From the NCBI GenBank assembly GCA_963693365.1, contig CAVNZM010000011.1, positions 2,526,989 to 2,590,988 of the forward strand: 64,000 nucleotides of DNA, in the 5' to 3' direction. This stretch comes from Amoebidium appalachense. Its lineage: Eukaryota; Protista; Ichthyosporea. This document shows, one piece after another, positions 1-19,250 of the stretch; positions within the stretch are counted from its first letter, which is position 1, and every line of letters begins with the position of its first letter. The translations under genes were made by a program, and so were the position numbers. Under the pieces are notes generated by a model, which saw nothing but the letters and a program-made list of their open reading frames with translations, did not search any database and was not told the DNA's origin.

Positions 1-125
1 GGAAGGGTTGCCATTGGGCCCTCTTTTTTCGTGAAACTTCGATTTTTGTACCATGTGACTAAAGACTGTAAGAGAATGAGCAAATCGCCTCCGTGATTAC
101 ATGTTTAGTCACACACAGAACTCAC

Positions 126-3981
<3,856 letters not shown>

Positions 3982-5547
3982 GGTGTGTGCTGTGGTGTGT
4001 CGGACTAGTTTGTACCGTCGTGGGGTGGGGCTGGACTGTCTTTGTCGGCGACTTTTTGAATCATCAGAAGTTCTGACTGTTTTAGATCTTCGCTAAGTTT
4101 TTGTTAATCCTTGCTAAATTCCTTGCGGTCTGACTAGAGGTGCCGATGTGACATGTCTGCAAAATTAAATGCGTAAGTCCAGCATTTTTTTGGGAGGAGC
4201 TTTGAGTTTGTATAAAGAGGACACTCGTGTGTCCTCGTAGCGCGCTTCCGTGGTTGCAAATTCGATTTGTGCCTCTTTCCACCTAATCTTGAGACGCAAC
4301 CACATTAATTTATATCTTGTTCTCGGGCTACCCCAAATCTATTTGGATCTATGTTTCACGTTTGTTAAGATCTAGAAACGCTTTCTTCTTGATGCCAAGA
4401 CGTTTGATGGACACTTCGAGGTTCCTAAATAGCACTAGAGATCTAAAAACATGAACAAAACACTTCTAAAAGCCGAACCACCTTGCCGGTGCGCTAACAG
4501 GGATAACATTCACTTGCCGCGTTCGTTACTCCTTTACCCTTCCTTGCATTTATTGTGAACTAGACACAACAATTCAGAAACCAAGGTATATAAATGTGTG
4601 TGTCCACTCAAAACTCCAGAAGGTTCCTTCTCTTCACGGCTGAGTGTGGCACAACTTGAGTGAAGGTTTGCTTGGTTACAGACAGTTGACCAAACACCAA
4701 TAGGAGCAATCTATACATTACTATATATGGATTATTCCGCGAATATAAGAGTCTACCGGGAATTGGGGCTGATACCGGCTCTGCCAATCACATTAATTCT
4801 TCGCATTGTCTTTCTAGATCGAGCGGAGGTTGACTTTTCAATTATGATATCCAAGACTGGTTCCTTGAATACAGTAATTGGACAATGCCAATGCCATTAC
4901 CCCCATGTTCATATAACAAGCGAGCTTCAGAGTCTACCATAGTTAGTGGTTTAAAACTTTCAGCTCGTGTATGAGGTAGAGGCCGCTTTTTTTTTCTTCC
5001 TTTTATATTTCTAAATTCCATACTTGGGTTCAAAGTTTACCGTTCTGTCCGAATTGCTAAATGGATATTATTGTTGGATAACCGTGCTGCATTTACGCAA
5101 CGGCTTGCCCGTTGTTTTCAAGTCCAGCAGCCGTCATCGGAGACAGCTCTTGAGCCAGCACTGCATACGATAACTTTTGCCAACCAACAAACAACGTGTT
5201 TTTTTTCCTATGAGCAACCGACCACTTTCTGCGTCAAATGTGTTCGTGGAAGTGTTGGTAGTTAGGCTTTTCTCTGGCTTTTGGGCCTCTCGATCTCCTT
5301 TGACTCTCAACGGCAAAGTTGTTACCTCAACTTTAGCTACACCCCTGATACCTGCCTGAGTTCCTAGAATGGGTATGCACATAAACGCTTTCCTAGGGTG
5401 ACCCAACCCACAATAAATACGCCGGTTGCCTTTCAAACTAGGTGCTCTCCGACGATTGTAGGCTGTTTCTGTAACAAAAACTTTTGTACAGTGCTATAAT
5501 TCACACACAAAACTGACACTCAAACCTCTTAGCTAATCACTATTACC

Positions 5548-6654
5548 ATGGTTTGGAAACCGAAATTGCGAAGAACACCCGCTGCACCGTCGCAGAACGA
5601 TGTTAACACTTCCCAAAGCGACCATGTAGACAACCCAGAACCCCCAGCTCCACCCATAATGCACCTGTATTTTCCCATCTGGGAGGCCTTCAAAAGTCAA
5701 TTCACCTTCCCAAACCTCCTTATAAACCTTCTCGTGGGACTTTGGTTGTGTGGATTGGACGTTATCAACGAGCAGGCGCTCGCGTCCGTGCTACCTACCA
5801 TATATGGTACATACAAGGCGGAAGACCTCTCCACCTTAAAGCAAGAGCCCATCACCACCGGTCAAGGCGCTGCCGAATTATTTGTCAATTTTGCCTTTGC
5901 AGTCCTGTTTTTCATCGTTGTTACACCTTATTTCCAGCGTGCTTGTATTCTATCAGCAAGCGCACGTTTTATTCGGGTTTGCCGCACAAGGAAATACCCT
6001 TTGGACCACTGTGGCCCGGCCCAACTCGCAAAGATACAGGTTGCAGACCGGCTGAAGCCTACCTTATTTGGTGGGTTGACCGACTGGTGGACGTTCCTTA
6101 ACCTCATGCTCTACAACACCATTTTGGTGGTTTCCGTCCTTCTCGGCCTCGTGTTCTTTGTCATTCCTGGTGTTATCATTGCCCTGTGGTTGTCCATCGG
6201 CCCCGCAGTAATCGTTCTGGAAGGATGTAATGCCATTGCCGCAATGCGTCGGTCCTATGACATTTTGCGCGTGCACAAGTTTCGCTCTCTTGTATTCTGG
6301 GTTGTGTACTTTCTAATAACCTGTATCTGGTTTGGGTTGCGCTTTGCTTTTGTCACTTTAATGAACATTGCAGCTGACTCGACGGCTAACGTGGGTGGTA
6401 TGGTCGCTGTAGTTTCAGCCATTCTGGTGACATATCTGGTGGTTGGTTTCATCACCATGTTGTATTGGAATTGCTCTGCTACTTATTACCACTACAGTTT
6501 ATTGCTGGATGAGATGCGGGCGGTATTAGCAACTTCGAGTGTAGCTATGGTGAAGGTGGGTCAGTCGAATAATGACGTGCACGTGGAGGGTGAAAGATCT
6601 GAGCAGGGGGTTAGTCTGCCTGACGTTCGGGGGGAGGGTGACAGGCCCGAGTAG
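5548..6654 (+). CDS. Intronless 368-aa multi-pass membrane protein (YciC/DUF975/GPDPase-membrane-domain-like superfamily)
   Basis: Uninterrupted ORF in non-repetitive DNA with an ACCATGG start and about six hydrophobic segments. The motif LGLVFFVIPGVIIALWLSIGPAVIVLEGCNAIAAMRRSYDILR resembles the G..llPG.....vlE....Al.RS..L signature of that group. The family assignment is from motif recall. Confidence 0.75.
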   Translation: MVWKPKLRRTPAAPSQNDVNTSQSDHVDNPEPPAPPIMHLYFPIWEAFKSQFTFPNLLINLLVGLWLCGLDVINEQALASVLPTIYGTYKAEDLSTLKQEPITTGQGAAELFVNFAFAVLFFIVVTPYFQRACILSASARFIRVCRTRKYPLDHCGPAQLAKIQVADRLKPTLFGGLTDWWTFLNLMLYNTILVVSVLLGLVFFVIPGVIIALWLSIGPAVIVLEGCNAIAAMRRSYDILRVHKFRSLVFWVVYFLITCIWFGLRFAFVTLMNIAADSTANVGGMVAVVSAILVTYLVVGFITMLYWNCSATYYHYSLLLDEMRAVLATSSVAMVKVGQSNNDVHVEGERSEQGVSLPDVRGEGDRPE

Positions 6655-7137
6655 AAGGTTAGTCTGTGTACTCTGACGTCATACCTCTAGCTTGGAGTGT
6701 GGCTGAGTCTGGGTATAGACACGGTGAACGGGAGACACTTTGGGTTCAACTTTTTTCTGTTTCACTGGTACGTTTTCTAGCCTCGTGACATGGGCACGGA
6801 TGGATGCCTTTTTGATTTTTTTTTGTACAGGCTTTGAAGCACGTGTACATGCACATGAATGCACAGCAGAGCTCTTCTCTCCCTTTCTCTCTCTCTCTCT
6901 CTCCCCCCACCCACCCACCGACCCACCCACGCACACCTCACCCCGGCTCTCCCGCCACCCCCCCTTCCCCTCCCAACACACACGCACACACACCCTCCGA
7001 GCCTCGCATATACGGCACATACACACTTTGGTTGCCAGCACATACACCAGAAAATCCCCACGTGCCGACCTTTTTTATCTTTTCATTTCTTTTAGCTTTT
7101 GTAAGAGGGGGTGTTTTTGTTTTTTTGTGGGTTTTTT

Positions 7138-7183
<46 letters not shown>

Positions 7184-7744
7184 GGGAGAGGGGGAAACCT
7201 TCTTTGTTTCCTTAAAATGTTTCAATGTGTTCAGTGGTGCATGGACGTCTACTACCGCCTCACTCGCTGATAAGTACCTTGATCAATATTTCTAATTAGG
7301 TTGAAATATACATATTTAGGATGCCTGTTATGTATTCTGGCATGGTGAGAGCACCCGCTAACTTAGTATGATCATGATGGATGTAATTGATGATAATAAT
7401 TGCAGTGTGCCCATATTTAGCCAAAGCATGCCCTCAGTATCTGCCGCCACTGATAATGATCGGCGAAACATCCTCCATCAGATTCTGCTAAAAACAACCG
7501 TGATGATATCAGCATGAAACGTTTACCCCCCTTCACCCCCACGCACACGCACACATACACGTGCGCACACACCACCCACCCCTCTCCCTCAGCTCCCCAC
7601 CCTGCCCCACATACACACACACACACCTGCCTGCGAGCCTTTTCCCGGTAACGGTGCCGGGGGCCGCGGCCGAGGGAAAAGAGGAACGGGGGGGATGGGG
7701 GGGTTGGTAACAATGAGTTTCTGGAACAGTGTACGTGCCCTACT

Positions 7745-7777
<33 letters not shown>

Positions 7778-9819
7778 AATTCTTGCCTCACGCACAAATT
7801 TTCAAGTACACACACACCACATCTGTCACACCTGCCCGCGTCAGCCGCAAGAGTCCTAGCCGCTACTGGTTTTCTGTTATCGGTAAGTTCCTCTTGCGCT
7901 CCTCCCCTTTCCCCCCCGCCCCCCCCCCCCCTCCCCCTCTCCCTCCCCCCCCTCCCCTCCATTGGCCGATGCACTATATTAACCGGACTCTTTCTGTTTT
8001 GCACATGTACATTGTTGTTACCCCCATGGTGTTCCTTCCCACTCGAGCTAATAATAAACCCCCCTCCTCCCCCCTTCCCCTCCCCTCCCCTCCCCCTCCC
8101 CCCCCCCCCCCCCCCCCCCCAACCGCCACCACCACCACCACCACCGTACTACCACCACTACCCATGTTAACCCCAAAACCCACCACCACCACCACCACAA
8201 CCAGCCCATCCCACCGCCCTCCAGTCACACGCCGGGGAGGAAAAACAACAAAACAAGATAGCTGTATGACGGTCAATACGCGCGGTGGCAGAGCTACACA
8301 CGGCACTTACAGTAGCACAGTCAAAATTAAACACGGCACACACACACACACATAAGCACACACACACACTCACTCACTCGCTCACCCACACCCACACACA
8401 ACACCTGCACACACTTGCACACAGCACGCCTTTAAGGCTGGTTTGTGGATTGCCTTAGAACCCACGGCAGCAAGTTGTTCAACTGTTTCGCAGGAAACTG
8501 TTTTATTTTGCAGGTACTGGCGGCAACTACATGTGGCATAACACCCTTTTAGCTTTATTGAATTCACCACATGATCTCTTTTCGGCTTAAAATCACATAG
8601 TAACTGCATCGAGCAACACCATGTCATTAACTCCGCGACTAAGTGATGAGCCGGATCAAAGTAAACTTAAATTTATGTGCTGTACAAAAAAACCCTGTGG
8701 AGTCATGTTTTTCATCAAATCTTGCCCACTGTGACGTATCATACTGTAAAAATGCTACTAAATGGGCCGTTGGTTAGAGCCTTTTTGGATAGATCATCCG
8801 TCGATACTAAATGACGCGATCGTCGTTTGTTCTCTCGAATACATTGGACAGCCTCAGAGAAGGTTTGGAATTCTTTACACCATGCCATTACAAAGTTATT
8901 GTTTGTTAATCTTCAGAGCTGATAAGACAAAAAAAATGTCCCCGTTGTTGTATCTACATATCTCCAAAAGCATATTTGATATACGCTACTACCACTTGCA
9001 GCACACCAGTCTCATCAACATCTAAATGGCATCGTTGGCTGCTCACTCCTAAACCCCAACACCTTTCACACCAAAAAAGAGTATGCTGAAAGTGATGATT
9101 TTTTTAGGCTCGGCGTATACACGTACAGGCACAGGAATCGTGAAGATTTTTCAAGTCGCAAAAAAAGAAAAAAGCATTTCTTGCAGCCGGAATATTGGAG
9201 ATTTACACGTCCAAAATAGCACCTCTTCGTGCACCTCCCTCTGGTTGTGTGTGTGGATGCCCCTGCTTGAGAAGACCGGCTGCCGGTGCATGATTGGGCT
9301 GCAGGATATATTTATTAACATTAAAATGTACACAGGGCAATGACTTATCACAAATCATAAGTTAACTGTTTACTATGATGTGTCTTACAGTCGTATATTT
9401 TTGATAGTCACATTTCCTCCACCACAAGGAACTCAAACCTGAGATCAATTGATCCCGGCAAAAAAACAGTGTCTGTTAGAGTGCATGAGGACCGGAAAGT
9501 CGACACTCACCATCACCTCTCCCCCCCCCCTCCCCCCCCCCCCCCCCCCCCCCCCCTCCTCCTCCCGGGCACACCTCACACATTGGCACGCACCCACCCA
9601 CACAGGCACGCACATAGACAGGCACGCACACCCACAGACACACACACACTCGCCGCTTCCTTGTCCTGATCAAGGGAACGACGAGAAAACGTTAAGTTTC
9701 TGCCGCACTTTTTCCTCACTTTCTGCTTGGCCGGGGGGTTGGAAAGAGAGGGAGGGGAGGAGGGGGAGGGGAGGGGGGGGGGGGGGTATAGTGAGGGAGC
9801 CGAGGGCGACATGACTCAC

Positions 9820-11407
9820 CTGTGTAATTTCAGATCCCTGGTACAGAAACGGGCCGGTGAAGTTATAAGTGAGAACACATGAACCGTTTGCTCCCACACA
9901 GGCATAAGTTTCTGTTCCAAGTGGGTGCTCCGGGCGAGTGGTGTGGGGTAGTCGGATGCCGTTAAGGGTGAAGAAAGCGTGTGCCTGGCCGGGGGTGGAA
10001 GAGGATACGGTGTAGCCACAACCTGTTGATGTGAATAGAAGTGAATATTTTAGAATAATGGGTCGGGCGAGATATATGGTGGTCTTGGGATGTAGAGTAT
10101 TATCATGTGTGATCTGGAATACAGTAAGCCTGACTATGTTGAAATATTAGTGTATGTTAGATAGCTGTGAATTGTATTAGCTTGTGCGAGAAATGGTGGG
10201 TGTGAATACTTTGCAGCACGCATATGTATGAGATGTAACAGGTGTCATAACGTTGGAAGAAGAGCGTGTGTATAGCACAACTTTTAAAGATGTCAAAGTG
10301 TTGTAGTGGGCATTTGTAGAATTCCGAAGGGTATTGACTTCTCGTTTGCTCCTTCCCCCCTCCCCCCCCTCCCCCCTTCCCCCCCCAACAAAAAAAACAA
10401 AAAAACAAAACAAAAAAAAGCCTACAAGTTAACTTGGAAAAACTTTGCCAAAGCCTAAAAAATAGAGGGAAGAAAGTGTTCCCCAGCATATGACCCATGT
10501 ATCACAGGAACGAGCTGGCATTCCATACAAGTACTATAACAAACACACACCTACCTTCCTTCCACAAGTCCACACTTACCAAAATGTCTATATCCATCGT
10601 TCATCCAGTGGCTTTCCCACATGGGGTATCCATTTACAAAATAAGAAAAAGAGTACATTCACAAACTCTGAATCACACGGAACGTCCCGTATCATCCATT
10701 GCAAGAAAGATGCCCACACATACTGACGTGAGCACACACCGACACACGTATAGTGTAAACTTGCGCACCCGCACCTGCGTCCGCGCCCGCGCCCGCACAC
10801 GTGTGCACACACGGACACACAGACACAAACTCACCACATATAAACACGAACCCACCCACTCACCCACTCACCCACCCACCCACCCACGCACCCACACACA
10901 CACACACATACACGCACGCATACACACATGAACGTGCGCCCGCGCCCGCGCACACACACACACACACCCATCATAGACAAATGAACCTACCCCTCCCTCC
11001 CTTCCACCCCTACACACATCCAACCATACACACACACAGTCACCCACCAATCACATCCCCCTCGACCAATCTTCTTGCCGCACCAATCATCCTCTCCTTT
11101 CCATTGGCTGATCTGCTCGCTCTAATCTCCCCCTTGTCCGTGTGAATAGCAACACTATGAGGTTCCAACCCGGGCAGTCGGAACGGGGGATAGGGTTTGC
11201 TTGCATATCCAACACCCGCAACAACCCCCTCCGCTATTTTTTCGATGTGGACTTCGAAATATCCGGTTCCCCCGAGACCCTTGCGAGGTCCTTGCTCTTT
11301 GGATAGGCCCGCAAGGACAGGAACTCTGAGGTTTGATTGGACGCAGACGGCTTTGCTCCCAACGTCACCTGCAAGACACCATCATCAGTGGGCCGTGTGC
11401 ATACCCA

Positions 11408-11439
<32 letters not shown>

Positions 11440-12019
11440 GGGGGGGGGGCAACTCTGTACCTGGCCTCATCCCTTCATACACGACTCCAGATGACAGGTC
11501 CTACCTTTCCGTAACCCGGCACATACTACCTTCTCCCTTCCCACGTTTCCTGTAAACCTCTTTCTTTCCTCCCCCCCTCCCCCCCCCCCCCCCCCAACCC
11601 TCCCCCTCCCCCCCTCCCCCCCCCCCCCCTCCCCCCCCATCCCCCTCCCCCCACAACAATGAAAAAACCTTAGAAAGTAACAATAAAAGGTAGAATCAAT
11701 TACTCGAATAAAAAAAAGACTCCCATTCTCCCCTCCCCTCCGCCCTCCCCACACACAAACACAAAACCACCCCCACCACCACCCCACCACCACGCACACA
11801 CACACACACAATAAAGAAATGTAACAAACATGCTGCACACGACGGCAGCAGAGGGAAACATTTTCCAAACTCCAGACCGCAGTGAGGCACTCCAGTCAGT
11901 GCGCACAATTAATCCCTCTTCTGATCCCCACTGGTATTCTCTACCGTAACCTCACCCTCCCTTGTCCTACCCCCGTCGTCAATCCCACCTTGCCCCCCCC
12001 CCCCCCCCAAAAAAAAAAA

Positions 12020-12050
<31 letters not shown>

Positions 12051-13518
12051 CATACACAGACACACGTCCCCTTCCCTAATTCCCCCTCCACCCATCCTCA
12101 CTTACCAGGAACTACAAAATGCAACCTCCTCTCTGCCCCCATGACTGTCACCAATTCCTTTCCCCGCCAGAATTGTGGGTGGGTGACAGGGGGGTCTGTA
12201 GACACAGACTCGAAGCGAATATGAGCCCCCCTCTGTTTGGGGGTGGGGCACTGGGCGGCAATAGGAAGGTGGGGCACGGTGCTGTTGGGTGGATGTTGTG
12301 ACTGCCATTTTTCCGCATATCTGCATGGTGAAATGAGTAAATATTAATTTGGGTCCATAGTAGGCTAATTTAGCAAATATAGGTGTGCATGGTTATCTAA
12401 ACTTGACGAGAAATGGTTAATTGTATAAAATGTTATAAAAATTATGTGTATATTATACATTAGGACCTCCTCCTCTGATTTACTCATGCAGCTTGTTAAA
12501 AGCAGGAAATCACCTCGTGGTCAGGGAAGAGTTGAGAGCCGGGTGAAGGTGGGTGAGTGGGTGGGTGGGTGGGTGGGGGGTGGGAGGGTTGGGGGGTGGG
12601 GGGGGCATGTTGCTGTTTCAGCCCCCGAACGTACTCCAACGGTCGCTGATCTATGCACATTTGCAACGTCGACTGCAACACTGTAAAACAACTAAAGGCG
12701 CCATGCTACCACATCAAGTACCACACACACGAGCAGCACACAGAATGCCATAAAAACCACACCGTTGGCATCTGATAGCGAGTTGCATGCCTGCATGCTT
12801 GCAATGTGATACCTATACAACACCGTCAATCCTCGAGGCACATCATATACACACATGAAAAAACATCAATGGTAGAGTCATACACATGCTGTGTGTTACT
12901 AGTGTGCGGCATGTCGGGTGCGGGCATACGACAACCTTTATCAAACACGCCGAAGAGGCAAAAAAAACCTCTCGATGTAGACAATCAAGCAAGCCTTAAG
13001 TTAGATTATTCACTGGGGCAAAAGAAGAAGTCTGCTTGGAAACGTCATCATGCATAACCGCAACTCTCACATACACTCAAGTCACGCACACGCGTGCAAA
13101 GGGAAAGTTACATTTGAAAATGACGAAACACTTAAAAAAATAACAAACATGGCACCAGCCCTTACCTTGCCTCTCCAGTTCTCCCAACAACAAAGTCATC
13201 ACCGCTGGCCCTCCTCGCCCGGTACCACCTCACGCCATATACACACAAAACTGTCAAAAGCAAAAACCCAATCGCTGCGCCTACGCCCACAGCAGCAAGT
13301 TTTGGCGTGTCCCAGTCCCCTTGTTCGTCTGAGGAAGTGGGTGCAATGGGCTGCTCGCGGAAATCAACCGTTATATTTCCTGGCAAATTGAGCCCGTGGG
13401 GACTCAGGTCACCTTCAGCGCTTGCATTGCGCAAGGGAGCAAATAGAGCGTATGTGGTTGGAAGTAAAAATAACAAAGAGAGGGGCGTTTTGTGGCCTAA
13501 AAAGTTTGGGGAGTCCAT
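9820..13518 (-). CDS. Single-pass membrane SPRY-domain protein, Ssh4/Ear1-like; middle and last exons unresolved
   Basis: Exon 13518-13166 encodes a signal-like segment and a TM helix (LAAVGVGAAIGFLLLTVLCVYGV). An exon from ~12320 gives YAEKWQSQHPPNS. Exon 11368-11048 gives VCVQSNLRVP..GYFEVHIE..GVGYASKPYPPFRLPGLEPHSVAIHTDKG..GDVIG. Exon 10022-9820 gives CGY..FFTLNG..YACVGANGSCVLTYNFTGPF. These match SPRY motifs of the Ssh4 type. Confidence 0.8.
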
Positions 13519-13552
13519 TTTTGTTCCTGTGGCGATCACCGTGTGTAAGAAA

Positions 13553-13656
13553 GTGTTACTCCAGAAGTTGACAGAGACAGAGCCGTGTATACGTAGCCCG
13601 TCGAGTGTTACTCCAGAAGTTGACAGAGACAGAGCCGTGTATACGTAGCCCGTCGA
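13553..13656. repeat. Perfect 52-bp tandem duplication just upstream of the SPRY-gene start codon
   Basis: gtgttactccagaagttgacagagacagagccgtgtatacgtagcccgtcga occurs twice, at 13553-13604 and 13605-13656. Confidence 0.95.
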
Positions 13657-15084
13657 AATGCAGCATGTTCTGTTTCTAACTGGGCGTAAATACAAGAAGT
13701 GTAGAATAAAATTAAAGTTGTTAAATGCACGGCCAAAAGCCTTCCGTCACGCCCAAAACAGACGCATACATGTACAACTACGAACGTTAACCAGCATGTT
13801 GGTGGACAACAATTTTTGGTTGCTGCTGAAAAATGCGACGAGCCTCAATGACTATGCAATACTGCATCCATGCGGCTGTTGTTGTATATTCAAGTTAGTT
13901 AGTAATTGCCTACTTGATTCCTCTCTCATCCCTCACCCATGTTCTGGCAAAAAAAAACAACGGCAGAAGAGGAGGAAAGCGAGTCACACGCACGCACCTG
14001 GTGGGGCCGAAACCCAAAAAAAGATATCCCAGGAAAGCCAATCAAAAGATACTATATTTTTTAGGTATCCAATCAGCAACCAAAACATGATAGGGAAACA
14101 ACATGTTATGATCTATAACCACTCAATACAGGTTATTTCATGGCATTATAAACTTGGTGAGCCAGTCGGAGCTAGATGGACCAATCGTATTTTGATTAGA
14201 TTTTATCACTATTGGTGGGTAGGCTCAGAAGTCAAGATCCGAATCCGTGATATCCGGATAACCCCGGCGTCGCGACGGGAGGGTGTCATACTCAGTAAAT
14301 AATCTCCTATCCCGGAATTTCTTCAAAAATCGCTCAATTAGTATGGGTAACTTACTAAATTACCCATGTTCGCTCGACAAAGGACAACAAATTTATACAG
14401 TTAAAATTGTCGTAGAGAGCTGAAATATTCCATGAGCACAGAAAATGCATTATATTACTAAGGCGCACCAAGAGAATAGGGTATTGTATAAATAAGTTAT
14501 GCAATGTGACACCTTTTTCCTCTTCAGCGGGCAGCTTCAAGTTTGGCCTCCCTCTGATATTTGCGTCTGGATTCGCGGGGCTGCCAAGCAATTCATGATC
14601 AACTGATGCCGCCGCTAACGTGATGGGTAATTTAGTTGCGAGATGGGTAACTTAGTTTAGACCACGCTACCCCTTGATGATCGCTTATAGTAAACCTTAA
14701 TAAAACAGAAATAAACGCCACAAATAATTATATGTGCGCGCTCTTCACTATGAAAGGCAACTTTTCTACTAATAGAAGTGGCCCGTTGCGTGTCGGGGAA
14801 AAAAAAGCTGAGCGCCTGCGACTCGAAGCTTGACACGCAGAGATCTTACCATTGCACCACCCCCCAATATACTAAATGCTATTCACAGGATATGATAACT
14901 GAGTGTGACTTCACTGTTCAATCGCAGTCACAGCGCCCCCGGTACCATACGCATAGACAACATGACTCAGAACCGACGAACCCCCCCTCCGCCCCCCTCC
15001 CCCCCCCCCACCCACACACACCTCCTCCATCCCCCCCCCCCCCCCCCCCCCCCAACCCCCCAATCCCCTCCGGGCAACTAGCGC

Positions 15085-16925
<1,841 letters not shown>

Positions 16926-17019
16926 CGAACCCCCAGTGTATCTGTGCACGTTTTTGCTTTGATTAAAGTTTGAACCTTTTTATTTATGTCTTATTCAGTA
17001 CCGATGGCAGTGGGGGGGG

Positions 17020-17050
<31 letters not shown>

Positions 17051-17283
17051 TATGGGGAGGGGGAATTCGGAGGCTGCCAGTGACTCAGAGGGGGCCGGGG
17101 TGGGGAACTTCGGGGAAGGGGGGCGAGGCTGGGGGGGGGGGGGGAGGGAGGGGCAGGGGGGGAAGGCGGGGATTGGGGCAGGGGAAACGGCTTGGAAGGG
17201 CGGAAGGGAGGGGGGGGGGGGGGGGAGGGGACTCCCAGGGATGGGTTAAGGGGGAGGGGCCGCGGCAGGGGGGCGGAAGAAGG

Positions 17284-17323
<40 letters not shown>

Positions 17324-18268
17324 GGATCGGTCACATATGGGTATTATTGAAGAGACAGGTGCACTGGATATATTAACGGAAAATTTACAAACTGTGGTTA
17401 CTGGCTACTAATACATCCTTATATTTAGTTTATAAATTTAGTTTATAAGTTGGGAACGGGTGACTATAACATATACTTCCTGAAAAGAACTCGGCAAGGC
17501 AACACACATCATACTAATAATAGCCGCCGCGGCTGAGTCGCTCCGCGGCCGCCAGATCGATTGCTAAGCTACAAAATCAATCCGGCGCCAAATTCATTTA
17601 GAGATCACGTAAGGGCCGGTGGTGGTGGTGGTGGTGGTGGCCATTGCCCACCCACCTACACGTGCAAACCGTGTGACACACACGTGCTCTGCACATTAAC
17701 ACGGCCACATTTACACGTGTGTGTAGCACCGCTGGGCGTCGTGGTAATCTAACAGTAGGCTCAAGAGGCACACGCCGGCCAACGGGTAAGAAACATCCCG
17801 GCAAAGCGATATTGTGTATGTACTAAAATCTTTCACAGGCACACACGTGCCACAAAGTTAAGGACATGCATAGGTGCACGTATGAAATATACAGGTATAG
17901 ATAGTTACATACATACGTTCCATATGCATCCTCTATGCAAATGTCCCTTCTCTCTGTTTGGTGCATTCGTGTTCATGTATCACATGGAGAATATTGTGTT
18001 TGTCCTGAGGGGGCAGGCCGTGGGAAGGTGCGGGCGGGGCGGAGCGGAGCGAGGGGCGTAGGGGAGGGGAAGGGGGGGAAGGGGGAGGGGAGGCGGAGGG
18101 GAGGGAGAGGTTTGAAGGACTGAGTACCACAAAAGCCCCACATGTTGGTCTGTAACCCCCGTCCCTTTGTATTTTTTCGGTAGGCCCTGGGGATGGGGTG
18201 GTAACGTACCGTTGGTGAATCCTCGACCGCGGGAGGGGCTGGGAGAGAGAGGGAGGCGGGAAGGGAGG

Positions 18269-18299
<31 letters not shown>

Positions 18300-19219
18300 T
18301 TTTTTTTTCCGGGGGGGGGGGGGGGGGGGGGGAAGGGGGGGGGGGTACCCACCACCTTGTCCACCCCTGGCCCCAGACACGTGGGTTCACCTCCCTTGCC
18401 ACTCTCCCCTGCTTCCCTCACCCCCTTCCCCCCCCCCCCTCCCTCCCCTCCCCCCCCCCCCCTCCCCCCCCTCTCCCCCTGTGCCTCCCCCCATACCCCA
18501 CCCCCTCTCTCTGAGGAGAGAGGACAGGTGGGCCCGGGGGTACTAGGGGCCGTACAGGCTTGGGACCCTGCCGGGTCAGGTTTGAGACAAGTCGAGCTCG
18601 AGAGAAGAGGGGGGGGGAAGGGGAGGGAGGGGGGAAAAGGGGGTACATATCTGACTGGAGGCTTCCAACTCCGGCTGCCATGTCTACTTAGACTGCAAAG
18701 TGCAAAATTATAACATTTGCGCCAGAATGCAGGGCTATAAGCCTTAAACACATAACCCAAAACGTTGGAACCATCAATGACCTGAAAATATATCGTCAAC
18801 AATGCTACACAGTCGTCACAGTGGCAGCCCCCTCCCCCTCCCCACCTTCTTCCCCTCCTTTTTTAGTCAAACTCATAGTATTACACAGGTATCATAGCTC
18901 TTGTCTTCATAGATGTCCGCCATGTCTGCTAGCCGCCGCCGGGATCAGTTGCAAAGTAGGCATTTTTATACTAGCTTGGTCTCACGGGGCAGGCAACGTA
19001 CTTGCATTCATTGACGATGACGTGACATACACACACACATGCATGTTTGTGTGCGGGTTAGGCAGTAGTTAACATAGAACCCCCCCCCCCCCCCCCCCCC
19101 CTCCCTCTTCTCCCGTACACGGTAGCACAAAAAAAAAAAAAAAAAACTCTCTTCCCCCGCCCATCTCCCCATCCACCACCAAACATACTCCTACACACAC
19201 AAAAGTACAGAGGCACAGG

Positions 19220-19250
<31 letters not shown>

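Noticed and set aside
7400-8590. Possible small plus-strand spliced gene (strong donor G|gtaagt at ~7883, acceptor at ~8512)
   Set aside because: No recognisable protein, and the reading frame is ambiguous.
11461-11549. In-frame TAG in a candidate SPRY-gene exon (CRVTER*DLSSG) as stop-codon reassignment
   Set aside because: The TAG can itself serve as the acceptor, and four other genes here (ending at 6654, 20189, 33566, 34780) use TAG as a normal stop.
13658-14302. 214-aa plus-strand ORF
   Set aside because: No recognisable motifs or coding-like composition; it lies in the promoter-side intergenic region.
17526-17549. GC hairpin gccgcgg-ctgagtcgct-ccgcggc as a Helitron 3' end
   Set aside because: The stem is only 7 bp, with no clear CTAG terminus or matching 5' TC end.
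18714-18782. VIDGSNVLG peptide after a minus-strand acceptor, resembling a PIN/NYN nuclease motif
   Set aside because: I could not assemble further NYN motifs or a coherent exon chain in 17500-19900. A gene here is possible but unsupported.
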